NCBI GenBank assembly: GCA_963798085.1
Contig: CAWCRS010000003.1
Location: 128,001-192,000 of the forward strand
Direction of reading: 5' to 3'
Length of the DNA: 64,000 nt
DNA from: an uncultured Gemmatimonadales bacterium
Lineage (GTDB): Bacteria > Gemmatimonadota > Gemmatimonadetes > Longimicrobiales > RSA9
The translations under genes and the position numbers were made by a program. The notes under the pieces were generated by a model. The model was not told the origin of the DNA. It ran no database searches and was given only the letters and a program-made list of their open reading frames with translations. Shown here one piece after another: positions 49,296 through 58,923 of this stretch (its first letter is position 1; the number at the start of each line of letters is the position of its first letter).

Positions 49296-51317
49296 ATGAC
49301 TGACCGCGACCAGGCACACGACCACCACCATCACGACGGTCACCAGACGAGTGGCCCGCATGCGGGCCACTCGCCGGCGATGTTCCGCGACCGGTTCTGG
49401 GGCTCGCTGCTGCTGACGCTGCCCACGCTGGTGTGGGCAGACATGATCCAGCGGTGGTTCCATTTCCGGGCGCCGGTGTTTCCCGGGTCTCAGTACATCC
49501 CTGCCCTGTTCGGCACGCTGGTCTTCCTGTATGGCGGCCTGGTATTCGTGCGCGGCGCAGTGGGCGAGGTGCGGGACCGGCGGCCGGGCATGATGACGCT
49601 GATCGCGCTGGCCATGGGCGTGGCCTTCAGCTTCAGCATTGCCGTAACACTCGGTTATCCGGGTACACCGATCTGGTGGGAGCTGGCCACGCTGGTAACC
49701 ATCATGCTGCTGGGCCACTGGATCGAGATGCGCTCGGTGCTGCAGGCCAGCGGGGCGCTGCGCGAGCTGGCGAAGCTGCTGCCGGACACGGCGGTGCGCC
49801 TGGCGGGCGAAACGCAGGAGGAAGTGCCAGTGTCGGCGCTGCGCGAGGGCAATGTCGTTCTGGTACGACCCGGCGCGGCGGTTCCCGCTGACGGTGAGGT
49901 GCGTTCGGGGCGGAGCAGCGTGAACGAGTCGCTGATCACAGGCGAGTCGCGGCCGGTCGAGAAGCACGAAGGCGACCGCGTCATTGCGGGCGCAGTGAAC
50001 GGCGCGGGCGCGCTGCACGTGCGGGTCACGGGCACGGGCGAGAAGACGGCGCTCGCCGGCATCATGCGACTGGTCGCACAGGCGCAGTCCTCGCGTTCGC
50101 GCGCACAGGCGCTGGCGGACCGGGCGGCGTTCCTGCTGACGATCATCGCCATCGTCTCCGGCATCGCGACGCTGGTGGTGTGGCTGCTGCTGGGCGCGGC
50201 ACCGGACTTTGCCATTCAACGGCTGGTCACCGTACTGGTGATCGCCTGCCCGCACGCGCTCGGCCTGGCGATTCCGCTGGTCATCGCGATCTCGACGACG
50301 CTGGGTGCGCGCGCCGGTCTGCTGGTGCGCGACCGTCGCGGTCTCGAGGAAGCGCGCAACCTGACGGCGGTTGTGTTCGACAAGACGGGGACCCTCACGC
50401 GTGGCGAGTTCCGCGTCGTGGACATTGCCACGACGGCCGGCACGACGGCGGATCAGGCATTGTCGCTGGCGGCCGCGCTGGAGCGGGATTCCGAGCATCC
50501 GATTGCGGCGGCCATCATGCAGAGCGCGACCGAGCGTGGGCTCATTGTTCCCGCCGCGCGTGATTTCCAGGCGATCGCGGGTCACGGCGTCCAGGCCGAA
50601 GTGGCCGGCCGAACGCTGCACGTGGGTGGGCCGGCGCTGCTCGCCCGCCTGCGCGCTGCGCCGGACGAGGCGCTGCGTGCGGCCGCCGAGCGCGCCGCTG
50701 CGCGCGGTCAGGCTGCCATCTACCTCGTCGATGATGGACAGGTGCGCGCGGTGCTGGCCGTCGCGGACGCCGTGCGCGAGGAGTCGCGCGAAGCAGTGAA
50801 CGCGCTGCATCAGGCGGGGATCCGCGTCGTCATGATGACGGGCGATGCGCGCGCCGTTGCGGATGCGGTGGGCCGCGAGCTGGGCATCGACACGGTCTTC
50901 GCGGAAGTGCTGCCCGCAGAGAAGGCGGATCGCATCAAGGAGCTGCAGCGCCAGGGCGAGACCGTGGCCATGGTCGGCGATGGCGTGAACGACGCGCCCG
51001 CGCTGCTCACGGCCAATGTGGGCATTGCGATTGGCGCGGGCACGGACGTGGCCGTGGAAGCCGGCGATGTCGTGCTCGTGCGCAGCGACCCGCGCGATGT
51101 GTCGCGCATCGTGCGGCTCAGCCGCGCCAGCTATCGCAAGATGGTGCAGAACCTGTGGTGGGCGGCCGGCTACAACATCATTGCCATCCCGCTGGCGGCG
51201 GGGATTGGCAAGCCGTGGGGCCTGGTACTCGCCCCGGCTGCCGGGGCGGTGCTCATGTCGCTGAGCACGGTGGTGGTGGCGGTGAACGCGCAGCTGCTGC
51301 GGCGGGCGGAGATCTGA
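49296..51317 (+). CDS. copB: P1B-3 copper-translocating P-type ATPase
   Basis: His-rich N-term, TGES, CPH, DKTGT, SEHP, GDGVNDAPAL, YN and MSLST. Confidence 0.93.
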   Translation: MTDRDQAHDHHHHDGHQTSGPHAGHSPAMFRDRFWGSLLLTLPTLVWADMIQRWFHFRAPVFPGSQYIPALFGTLVFLYGGLVFVRGAVGEVRDRRPGMMTLIALAMGVAFSFSIAVTLGYPGTPIWWELATLVTIMLLGHWIEMRSVLQASGALRELAKLLPDTAVRLAGETQEEVPVSALREGNVVLVRPGAAVPADGEVRSGRSSVNESLITGESRPVEKHEGDRVIAGAVNGAGALHVRVTGTGEKTALAGIMRLVAQAQSSRSRAQALADRAAFLLTIIAIVSGIATLVVWLLLGAAPDFAIQRLVTVLVIACPHALGLAIPLVIAISTTLGARAGLLVRDRRGLEEARNLTAVVFDKTGTLTRGEFRVVDIATTAGTTADQALSLAAALERDSEHPIAAAIMQSATERGLIVPAARDFQAIAGHGVQAEVAGRTLHVGGPALLARLRAAPDEALRAAAERAAARGQAAIYLVDDGQVRAVLAVADAVREESREAVNALHQAGIRVVMMTGDARAVADAVGRELGIDTVFAEVLPAEKADRIKELQRQGETVAMVGDGVNDAPALLTANVGIAIGAGTDVAVEAGDVVLVRSDPRDVSRIVRLSRASYRKMVQNLWWAAGYNIIAIPLAAGIGKPWGLVLAPAAGAVLMSLSTVVVAVNAQLLRRAEI

Positions 51318-51631
51318 TGCAGGGTGGACCCGGCCGCTGCAACGGGCTGTTATCGCCGGCGGCTGTGACTGTAACAGCGGGTCAGCAGGGGATGACTGGC
51401 GGCGCGTTCCCCGCCGTGGCGTATCCGGCTCCTCCAGCCTTGGCCGTACGCGTGTCGGTCCCGGCGCGCGGGTTGCGCCTGTAGAGGGTGGAGCCCGGTC
51501 CCCGGCCGGGCCCTGTCGCGAGATTGGCTGGACGTGCAGCTTGTGCGGACCCGCGGACTCTCCGACCCGACGGCTGCGGGGCCCGGGCAGGGCGATTCGC
51601 CCGCCCGTGCCTCCCGATCGGCTGGCAGGCA

Positions 51632-53779
51632 ATGGCAACCATGACCAGGAAAAGCGTGCAGCGCTACATCGACCGCGAGCTGAGCTGGCTCGCGTTCAAT
51701 GCGCGCGTCCTGCAGGAGGCGGCGGATCCCGCCGTGCCGGCCGGCGAGCGGCTCGCATTTCTCGGCATCTGGTCCTCGAACCTCGACGAATTCTTCCGCG
51801 TGCGGGTCGCCTCGCTGCGCAGCCTGCTGCGGCTGAAGCGCAAACGGGTGGCGGAGCTGGGCCTGGATCCGGCCCGCCTGCTGGGCGAGATCCACGTCAC
51901 GGTTGCGGAACAGCAGACGCGCTTCGGGCAGATCTTTCGTAAACAGGTGTTACCGGCGCTCGCCGGGCACGGCATTGCCCTCGTGGACGAGCGGCAGCTG
52001 ACTGCGGCACAGACCGATCAGCTGCGCGCCTGGTTCGAGAGCCAGGTGCGGCCCCTGCTGGAGATCGAGATTCTGGGCGACGACGGTCCGTCACCCTTCC
52101 TGCACAATCGTCAGGTCTATCTCGTCGTCCAGCTCTGGCCGGACACCGACCCGCTGCCGGCGTCGACCAGCCCGACGTACGCCTTGGTGCGTGTGCCATC
52201 GCCACCCCTGCCGCGCTTCGTCGTGCTGGAAGGGACAGACCGCATCGCGCACCCGGTCATCTTCCTCGATGACGTGATCCGCGCGAACCTGGATGCGCTG
52301 TTTCCCGGGCAGCGTGTGCGGGGCGCGTGGGCCGTCAAGCTCACGCGCGACGCCGAGCTGTATCTGGACGACGAGTTCGCGGGTGACATCGTCGCCTCCA
52401 TCCGCAAGAGTCTGAGCAAGCGCGAGACCGGTCTGCCCAGCCGTTTCCTGTACGACATGGAGGCGCCGCACCGGCTCGTGCGCGAGCTGACCCGCCGCCT
52501 CGAGCTGCAGCAGGAAGACCTGGTGATCGGCGGGCGCTACCACAATCTGCACGACCTCTGCGACTTCCCGCGCTTCGACTTGCCGCAGCTCTCGTACTCG
52601 CCGCTGCCCGCGCTGCCGCACGCGCAGCTCGATGATGCGCCATCGCTGCTCGGGGCGATCGGCGCACGCGATCACCTGCTGCACTTCCCGTATCAGCGTT
52701 TCGACACGGTGATCCGCCTGCTCGAGGAGGCCGCGGCCGATCCGGATGTGCGGGAGATCTGGATCACGCTGTACCGTGTGGCGAAGGATTCCGCCGTCGC
52801 GGAGGCGCTGATCCACGCGGCCGAGCGTGGCAAGCGCGTGACCGCGTTCGTCGAATTGAAGGCCCGGTTCGACGAGGAGACGAATCTCGCGTGGGCCGAG
52901 CGCATGGAGCGCGCCGGTGTGCGCACACTCTACAGCCTGCCCGGCCTGAAGGTGCATGCCAAGCTTGCACTCATCGTGCGCCGCGAGGCTGGGGGCGAAC
53001 GCGCGTACGCGTATCTGGGCACCGGCAACTTCAACGAGCGCACGGCCAGGGTCTATGCGGACAGCGCATTGCTGACCGCGGACCCCGCCATCACACGCGA
53101 TGTGCGCGCCGTGTTCGCGTATCTCGCGGGTGACGTGGCTAAGCCGGAATTCAGCGAGCTGCTGGTCGCGCCGTTCCATCTGCGCAAGCGGCTCTACCGC
53201 CTGATCGAAGCGGAAGCGGAGGCCGCGCGGGCCGGCAGGCCGGCCGGCATCCTGCTGAAGCTGAACAGCCTCGAGGACGCGCGCATCATCGAGCGCCTCT
53301 ATGATGCGGCGGCCGCGGGTGTACCCATGCAGCTGATCGTGCGCGGCATCTGCTGTCTGGTGCCAGGCGAGGATGGACTGAGCGAGACGATTGCCGCGCG
53401 CAGCATTATCGACCGCTATCTCGAGCATGCGCGCGTCTTCTGCTTCGCCAATGGCGGGCAGACGCTGTGGTACCTCGCGTCCGCCGACTGGATGACGCGC
53501 AACCTGAGTCGTCGCGTCGAGGTGGCGTTTCCCGTGAAGGATCCGGCACTGCAGCGGGAACTGCGGGCGCTGGTGCAGCTGCAGCTGGCGGACAATGTGA
53601 AGGCACGCATCCTCAATGCGACCGGCGAAAACGCGTATGCGCACGCAACGGATGCGCCGCGTGTGCGTGCGCAGCCGGACACCTATCGTTATCTCCAGGC
53701 GAGAGTTCCTCCGCGGGAGCCGGTGGTGGTGACGGGTGCCGCCGCCGCGGCCGCGCAACCGGAGAGTGTTCGCACATGA
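51632..53779 (+). CDS. ppk1: Polyphosphate kinase 1
   Basis: RELSWLAFNARVL, SNLDEFFRVRV, HFPY, TLYRV, ELKARFDE, KVHAK, GTGNFN, RYLEH, SADWMTRN. Confidence 0.97.
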   Translation: MATMTRKSVQRYIDRELSWLAFNARVLQEAADPAVPAGERLAFLGIWSSNLDEFFRVRVASLRSLLRLKRKRVAELGLDPARLLGEIHVTVAEQQTRFGQIFRKQVLPALAGHGIALVDERQLTAAQTDQLRAWFESQVRPLLEIEILGDDGPSPFLHNRQVYLVVQLWPDTDPLPASTSPTYALVRVPSPPLPRFVVLEGTDRIAHPVIFLDDVIRANLDALFPGQRVRGAWAVKLTRDAELYLDDEFAGDIVASIRKSLSKRETGLPSRFLYDMEAPHRLVRELTRRLELQQEDLVIGGRYHNLHDLCDFPRFDLPQLSYSPLPALPHAQLDDAPSLLGAIGARDHLLHFPYQRFDTVIRLLEEAAADPDVREIWITLYRVAKDSAVAEALIHAAERGKRVTAFVELKARFDEETNLAWAERMERAGVRTLYSLPGLKVHAKLALIVRREAGGERAYAYLGTGNFNERTARVYADSALLTADPAITRDVRAVFAYLAGDVAKPEFSELLVAPFHLRKRLYRLIEAEAEAARAGRPAGILLKLNSLEDARIIERLYDAAAAGVPMQLIVRGICCLVPGEDGLSETIAARSIIDRYLEHARVFCFANGGQTLWYLASADWMTRNLSRRVEVAFPVKDPALQRELRALVQLQLADNVKARILNATGENAYAHATDAPRVRAQPDTYRYLQARVPPREPVVVTGAAAAAAQPESVRT

Positions 53780-54499
53780 CACCGGACAACGACGGCGGTC
53801 AGGCCCTGTTCGGGCCCATCCGCTCCGACCTGCCTCGTTCGCTGCCGCCGCTCGGCGAATCCGCCGAGCACGAGCCGGAGCGCGAGAAGAAGAGGAAGAA
53901 GAGCAAGGACCGGGACCGGGACCGCGCCGTGCGTGAGAAGGAGAAATCATCGCGCGGCATCGAGACCATGTTCCGCAATTCCTATCGCACGCACATCGAC
54001 ATGAGCGGCCTGGCCGACAGCAAGGCCAACATCATGATCAGCATCAACGGCCTGATCACGGGCATCGTGCTGGGCTCCATCTCCACCAAGATCGACGCCA
54101 ATTCCTGGCTGCTGCATCCCCACGATCATCCTGCTTGTCGGCTGCCTGACCTCGCTGGTCTTCGCCGTAATGGCGGCCCGCCCGCGGGTAACGGCCCGGG
54201 CGCTCACGCTCGAGGACGTGCGCGCGCAGCGTGCTAACATTCTGTTCTTCGGGAATTTCGTGAACCTGCGCGAGGATGAGTTTCGTCAGGGCATGAGCGA
54301 GCTGCTGCAGAATCCCGATGCGCTGTATCTCAGCATGATGCGCGACCTGTACAGTCTGGGCCGCGTGCTGGAGCGCAAGTTCCGCTATCTGCGCTTGTCC
54401 TACAGCATCTTCATTCTCGCGCTGGGCACTGGTGTGGCGGCCTTCATCTTTGCGTTCACGGTTGTCGTGCTGGCCAAGCCCGGTGGTGTGACGCCCTGA
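53776..54499 (+). CDS. PycTM/DUF5706-like membrane protein; apparent +1 frameshift at ~54114
   Basis: IETMFR..YRTH..MS..ADSKANIMISIN, TM helices, ARPR, NILFFGNF, DLYSLGRVL.RKFRYLR.SY; ATGA overlap with ppk1. Confidence 0.8.
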
Positions 54500-54549
54500 C
54501 CGGTGCGCCCGCAACGCTGGTGTGATGCTGCTGCGCGACGCGCCCTGGC

Positions 54550-55281
54550 TCAGGACCCCTGGCGCGCAGCGCGGCTGCGCAACAGCTCGCCCAGGCTGCG
54601 CAGCGTCATGCGCAGCTTGAAGCCGAAGATCGCGGCCCGTGAAGGCCGGGGCGGCATGGCCTCCGGCAGGCTCGCCTCGACGGCGGCCAGACCTTCCTCG
54701 TAGAACACGACAGTTTCTACATCGCCTACACCCTCGAAGCACTCCGTCCGCCGCTCGGGCGTCTGCGCATAGAAGTCGCCGAACGAGTCCCAGGCGGGCT
54801 CCGTCAGCATCAGGTACTCGTGCGCGGGCACCGTGTTCTTGAGCATGCGGTGCACGACGATCACGTCCAGCCCGAAGAGCTTCTCGAAGCGGTCGATGCG
54901 CTCCACCGCCACCTCGCCTGTGTGCACCACCTGCTTGAGGCGCAGGTTGCCCACGTTGATGCACGCATCGCACACGCACATGGGCACGGTCTGCAGCGCC
55001 GCGATCTGCTGCTTGAAGACGCGGAACAGGCGGGGCAGCTGCGCCTTCACTTCGCCGGCCACGCGCTGCACGGTGGCGGGCGTGGCGAGGGCGTAGAAGA
55101 AGACGGCATCGCCTTCCAGCTCCGCCACCTTGAGCGGTGGCCCGCTGCTGCGCACCAGGGAATCCAGCAGGCGCACGATGATCTGGCGCGCGTGACTGCT
55201 CGAGATGGCGTACAGCCGCATGAATTGCGTGAAGCCGCTGATGTCCGCCAGCACGAGCACGGCCCGCATGGTGTCACTCAT
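54550..55281 (-). CDS. DUF2652 family protein (class III nucleotidyl-cyclase-like fold)
   Basis: LADISGFT, LEGDAVFFY, CxCxxC, LKQVVHTGE, LFG.DVIVVHRMLKN. Confidence 0.85.
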   Translation of the reverse strand: MSDTMRAVLVLADISGFTQFMRLYAISSSHARQIIVRLLDSLVRSSGPPLKVAELEGDAVFFYALATPATVQRVAGEVKAQLPRLFRVFKQQIAALQTVPMCVCDACINVGNLRLKQVVHTGEVAVERIDRFEKLFGLDVIVVHRMLKNTVPAHEYLMLTEPAWDSFGDFYAQTPERRTECFEGVGDVETVVFYEEGLAAVEASLPEAMPPRPSRAAIFGFKLRMTLRSLGELLRSRAARQGS

Positions 55282-55390
55282 CCACGCCTCGATTGCCAGA
55301 GCCACCTTTCCGGGGCCACGCGATACACTGCCTCGGCCACGCTCGCCGGCGCGCTGCGGCACGCCGGCGTTCCGCTGTGGTAATGACCTG

Positions 55391-58300
55391 TTAACGCTGA
55401 CGGTCACCGGACATGGAGATCACCGTGACCGCCGCGCCACGCAGCTTGTCATTCAATGCCGGCAGATCGCGATCCCGCAATTCGCGGAAGCGCGTGCGTA
55501 ATTCCGCCAGCTTCTGCTTGAGCAGTGTCGCCACGTCGGCCTGTTGCGCGGTGGGTGGGAGATCCGCGCCGCCATTGGCGCCGCCTGCAAGATTGAGGAA
55601 CCGGGCATACAGCCCCATGGGTGCGCGGAACGAATCCTCGCTGCGGCCGGTGAGTGTGACATCCTCGAGCAGCGTCTCAATGGCTGTCGCTTTCTGCTCG
55701 AGATCGGACGTGGCGCGGGCCAGCGTGCCGGAGGTGGCGTCGGTGCGCTCGTGCAGGATGGCGCTCACGTCCTGCAGTTGTTTCCGCGTCCACTCGAGGC
55801 TGTTGATCATGTCGACCGTCTCGTTCACCTGCGTGCGCAAGTCGAGCACGAAACCGACCTGCGTCCTGATGTCTGCCTCGGTACCGAGAGACTTCGGATC
55901 ACGCAGCACGCGCAGCTGCTGGGTGAACTCATGGCCGGCCACGGCGAGCTTGACGTTGTACGTGCCGGGCGGCACGGCGGGTGAGGCACTGGCCCCGCCG
56001 CCACCCCAGACAACGAGCGGCCGCCAGCCATCCGCGCCCACCGTCATCCACGGGCTGCCCACCGGAGCGGTGCGCAGCCGGGGCGTGTGCGCCGCTTCGT
56101 AGCGCAGATTCCACCAGGACCGGTTCAGCCCCGCGCGACCTGCGCCGCGCAGTGTGTTGATGGTGTCTCCATTGGCGCCGAGGATGGTGATGCGCCAGTC
56201 GGCCGGCGCCTTGAGCCAGAAGTTGATGTCGGCGCCGGCGGGAGGGTTCTCGCCATTGACAGAACCGCCACCCGCCGCCACCACCGCCCGGGTTGTTGCT
56301 GACATTGCGGTAGCGGTACACCTCGCGCAGCGGGAAGAGGTGTGCGTCCGCGGCTCGTACACTCGCGTCCAGATTCCGGATGGGCGTGATGTCGTCCAGT
56401 ATGTAGAAGCCGCGGCCATACGTGCCAATGACCAGGTCGTTGTAGTGCTCCTGGATGGTGAGCCAGTGCACGGGCGCATGCGGCAGGTCGATCTGCAGCG
56501 GGAACCATGATGTGCCATCATCGAGCGAGACAAACACGCCGTTATCGGTGCCGGCGTACAGCATGCCTCGCCGCACGGGATCCTCGCGCACCACGTGCAC
56601 GAAACTGGATTGCGATTTGGGAATGCCCGCGCTGATCAGTTTCCACGTCCTGCCGTAATCCGCGGTCTTGTAGATGAGGGGGTCGAAGATGCCGTTGAAC
56701 TGGAGGTCCACCGAGATGTCGGCTGCGCCGGCGTCGAAGCGCGATGGCTCGACATTCGAGATCATGCCCGCGGCCGGAGCCATGACCGCTTTGCTCACGT
56801 TCTCCCAGTGCTGGCCGCCATCCCGCGTGAGGTTCACCTGACCATCGTAGCTGCCGGCCCAGATCAGCCCCTTCTCCTTCGGCGATTCGGCCAGTGCGGA
56901 AAGCGTGGCGCCGCTGAACGTCATCAGGTTGTCGACACTGAGTCCCCCCGAGTTCTCCTTGCGCATGGCTTCATTGCTCGTGAGGTCTGGGCTGATCACG
57001 TGAAAGCTCTGGCCGCCGTCGGTGGTCTCGTGGACCACCTGGCTGCCCACGTAGACCCGGTTGTGATCGAAGGGCGAAATCGCCACCGGGAACACCCAGT
57101 GAAAGCGGTATTTCGCATCGGCCGGCCGCCAGCCATAGACGGCATCCGGCCAGACATCGACGGTGCGCGTCTGTCCGGTTCGGAAATCCATGCGGTCGAG
57201 CTGGCCATCGTAGCAGCCGGACCAGATGATGTTGCTGTCCGCCGGATCGGGAATGGCAAAACCGTCCTCGCAACCGCCCACACCCTGCCAGAGCCCCGGC
57301 GAATGCCGCCGCCGAGGCTGTTGCTGGGACCGCGCGAGGCGCCGCCATCCTGCATGTTGCCGTACACGTTGTACGGGATCTCGTTGTCCACCCAGACGTG
57401 GTACATCTGGGCGATGGGCAGTGTCACGCGACTGTACGTCTGGCCGCGATCCATGCTGATGCTCGCGCCCCCATCATTGGCCACCATAATGCGGCGAGGA
57501 TTGAGCGGATCGATCCAGACATCGTGATTGTCGCCGCCAGCGCTCGCCTCCGTGCGCACGAAGGACTCGCCGCCATCGTAGGAAACACTCCAGGACACAC
57601 AGGGGAAGTAGAGCCGGTTGGGATCATCGGGCGCCACAGCCAGTCGCGTGTAATAGGGTGAGCGCTCCGCCAGCAGATGATCGCGATTCACCAGGCGCCA
57701 CGTTTCACCACCATCATTGGAGCGGTAGAGACTCGGCGTGCTGTCTTCCATCAGCACGTACACGCGCTGCGGGTTGCTCGGTGCAATCGCCACCGCAGTC
57801 TTGCCCACGGGCCGATTCGCGGCCGGCAGACCATTGCCGCTCAGCTTCTTCCAGGTGGTGCCGCCGTCGCGCGACACGTACGCGCCGCCGCTGGTCCCGC
57901 CGCTCTTCAGGTCCCACCACTTCACGTCGACCTGCCACAGGCCCGCGAACAGCGTGCGCGGATTGCCCGGATCCATGGCGAGATCCGCGCAGCCCGTGTT
58001 CTCATCCACGAAGAGCACACGCTCCCAGGACTGGCCGCCATTGGTGGTGCGGTAGACGCCGCGCTCCTGCTGCGGCCCGTGTGCATGACCGAGCGCGCAG
58101 GCAAACACAATGTCCGGATTGGTTGGGTGAATCACGATCCGGCCAATGCGACCGGTCTTCTCGAGACCCATCGGCCTCCACGTCTGGCCGACGTCATCCG
58201 AACGGTAAATGCCATTGCCCAGTGCGTGCGCCGGCCGGATCAGGAACGTCTCGCCCGTGCCCGCCCAGATCGTGTTCGGCTGCGACGCCGGGATGGCCAG

Positions 58301-58591
58301 TGATCCAATCGACTGCACCGGCTCATCGTCGAACATCGGGTGCCAGCTGATGCCGCCATCCACCGTCTTCCACACGCCGCCTGACGCGGCGCCCACGAAC
58401 GAGATCATGGGATCGCCCGGCACGCCCACCACGGCGATCGCGCGGTTGCCACGCGGCCCTATGAAGCGATAATGCAGCGGGTCGAACGCGGCCGGCTCGA
58501 TCTGCTGCGGTGCACCAGCCGCCGGCATGAAGGCCAGCGTGCCAAGGATGGCCAGCGTGCAGCGGAACGGCGCGGAGGTGAGCGTTCTCAT
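55391..58591 (-). CDS. VPS10/BNR-repeat glycosyl-hydrolase-like secreted protein; two apparent frameshifts (~57300, ~56272)
   Basis: YRFIGP.GNR, GGVWKT.DGG, multiple SxDGGxTW, DNHDVWIDP, AQMYHV, GTYGRG..ILDD. Confidence 0.88.
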
Positions 58592-58923
58592 GGTTGGTCT
58601 CCCGGGAAACAAAGGAGCGACGCGCAGAAGTAAACAGCCGCATGCAAGGTGACTGGCGGCACCGGCACGGGGCAATGGCCAGGCGAGGATCTCTTGCTGC
58701 AGCGCGCTGCTGGCACTTCGCCGCGGCAGTGTGTGCGACGATTCTCCGCTGGCCGCCTGCTGCGTGCTCGCCCTCGCTCGCTGCTCCTGCTGACCACATT
58801 ATCCCGGTCAGGAAGTGCGAGCCGCTCGATCGCCTGACGAGAAGTTCGCGAACAACATCGGCAGTGCGACGCTTCGCCGCCGCTGCTGCGGCTGGCCAGC
58901 CTGCTGAATCAGAGGAGGAGACC

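Noticed and set aside
48990..53950. Long minus-strand ORFs (882 aa, 619 aa) and similar shadows such as 9201..11477 and 28094..29929
   Set aside because: Antisense shadows of well-supported genes, expected in high-GC DNA
1497..57305. Ten genes as true pseudogenes or programmed frameshifts
   Set aside because: Motifs are intact on both sides, there are no in-frame nonsense changes or slippery heptamers, and breaks fall at one motif or in homopolymers, typical of read error
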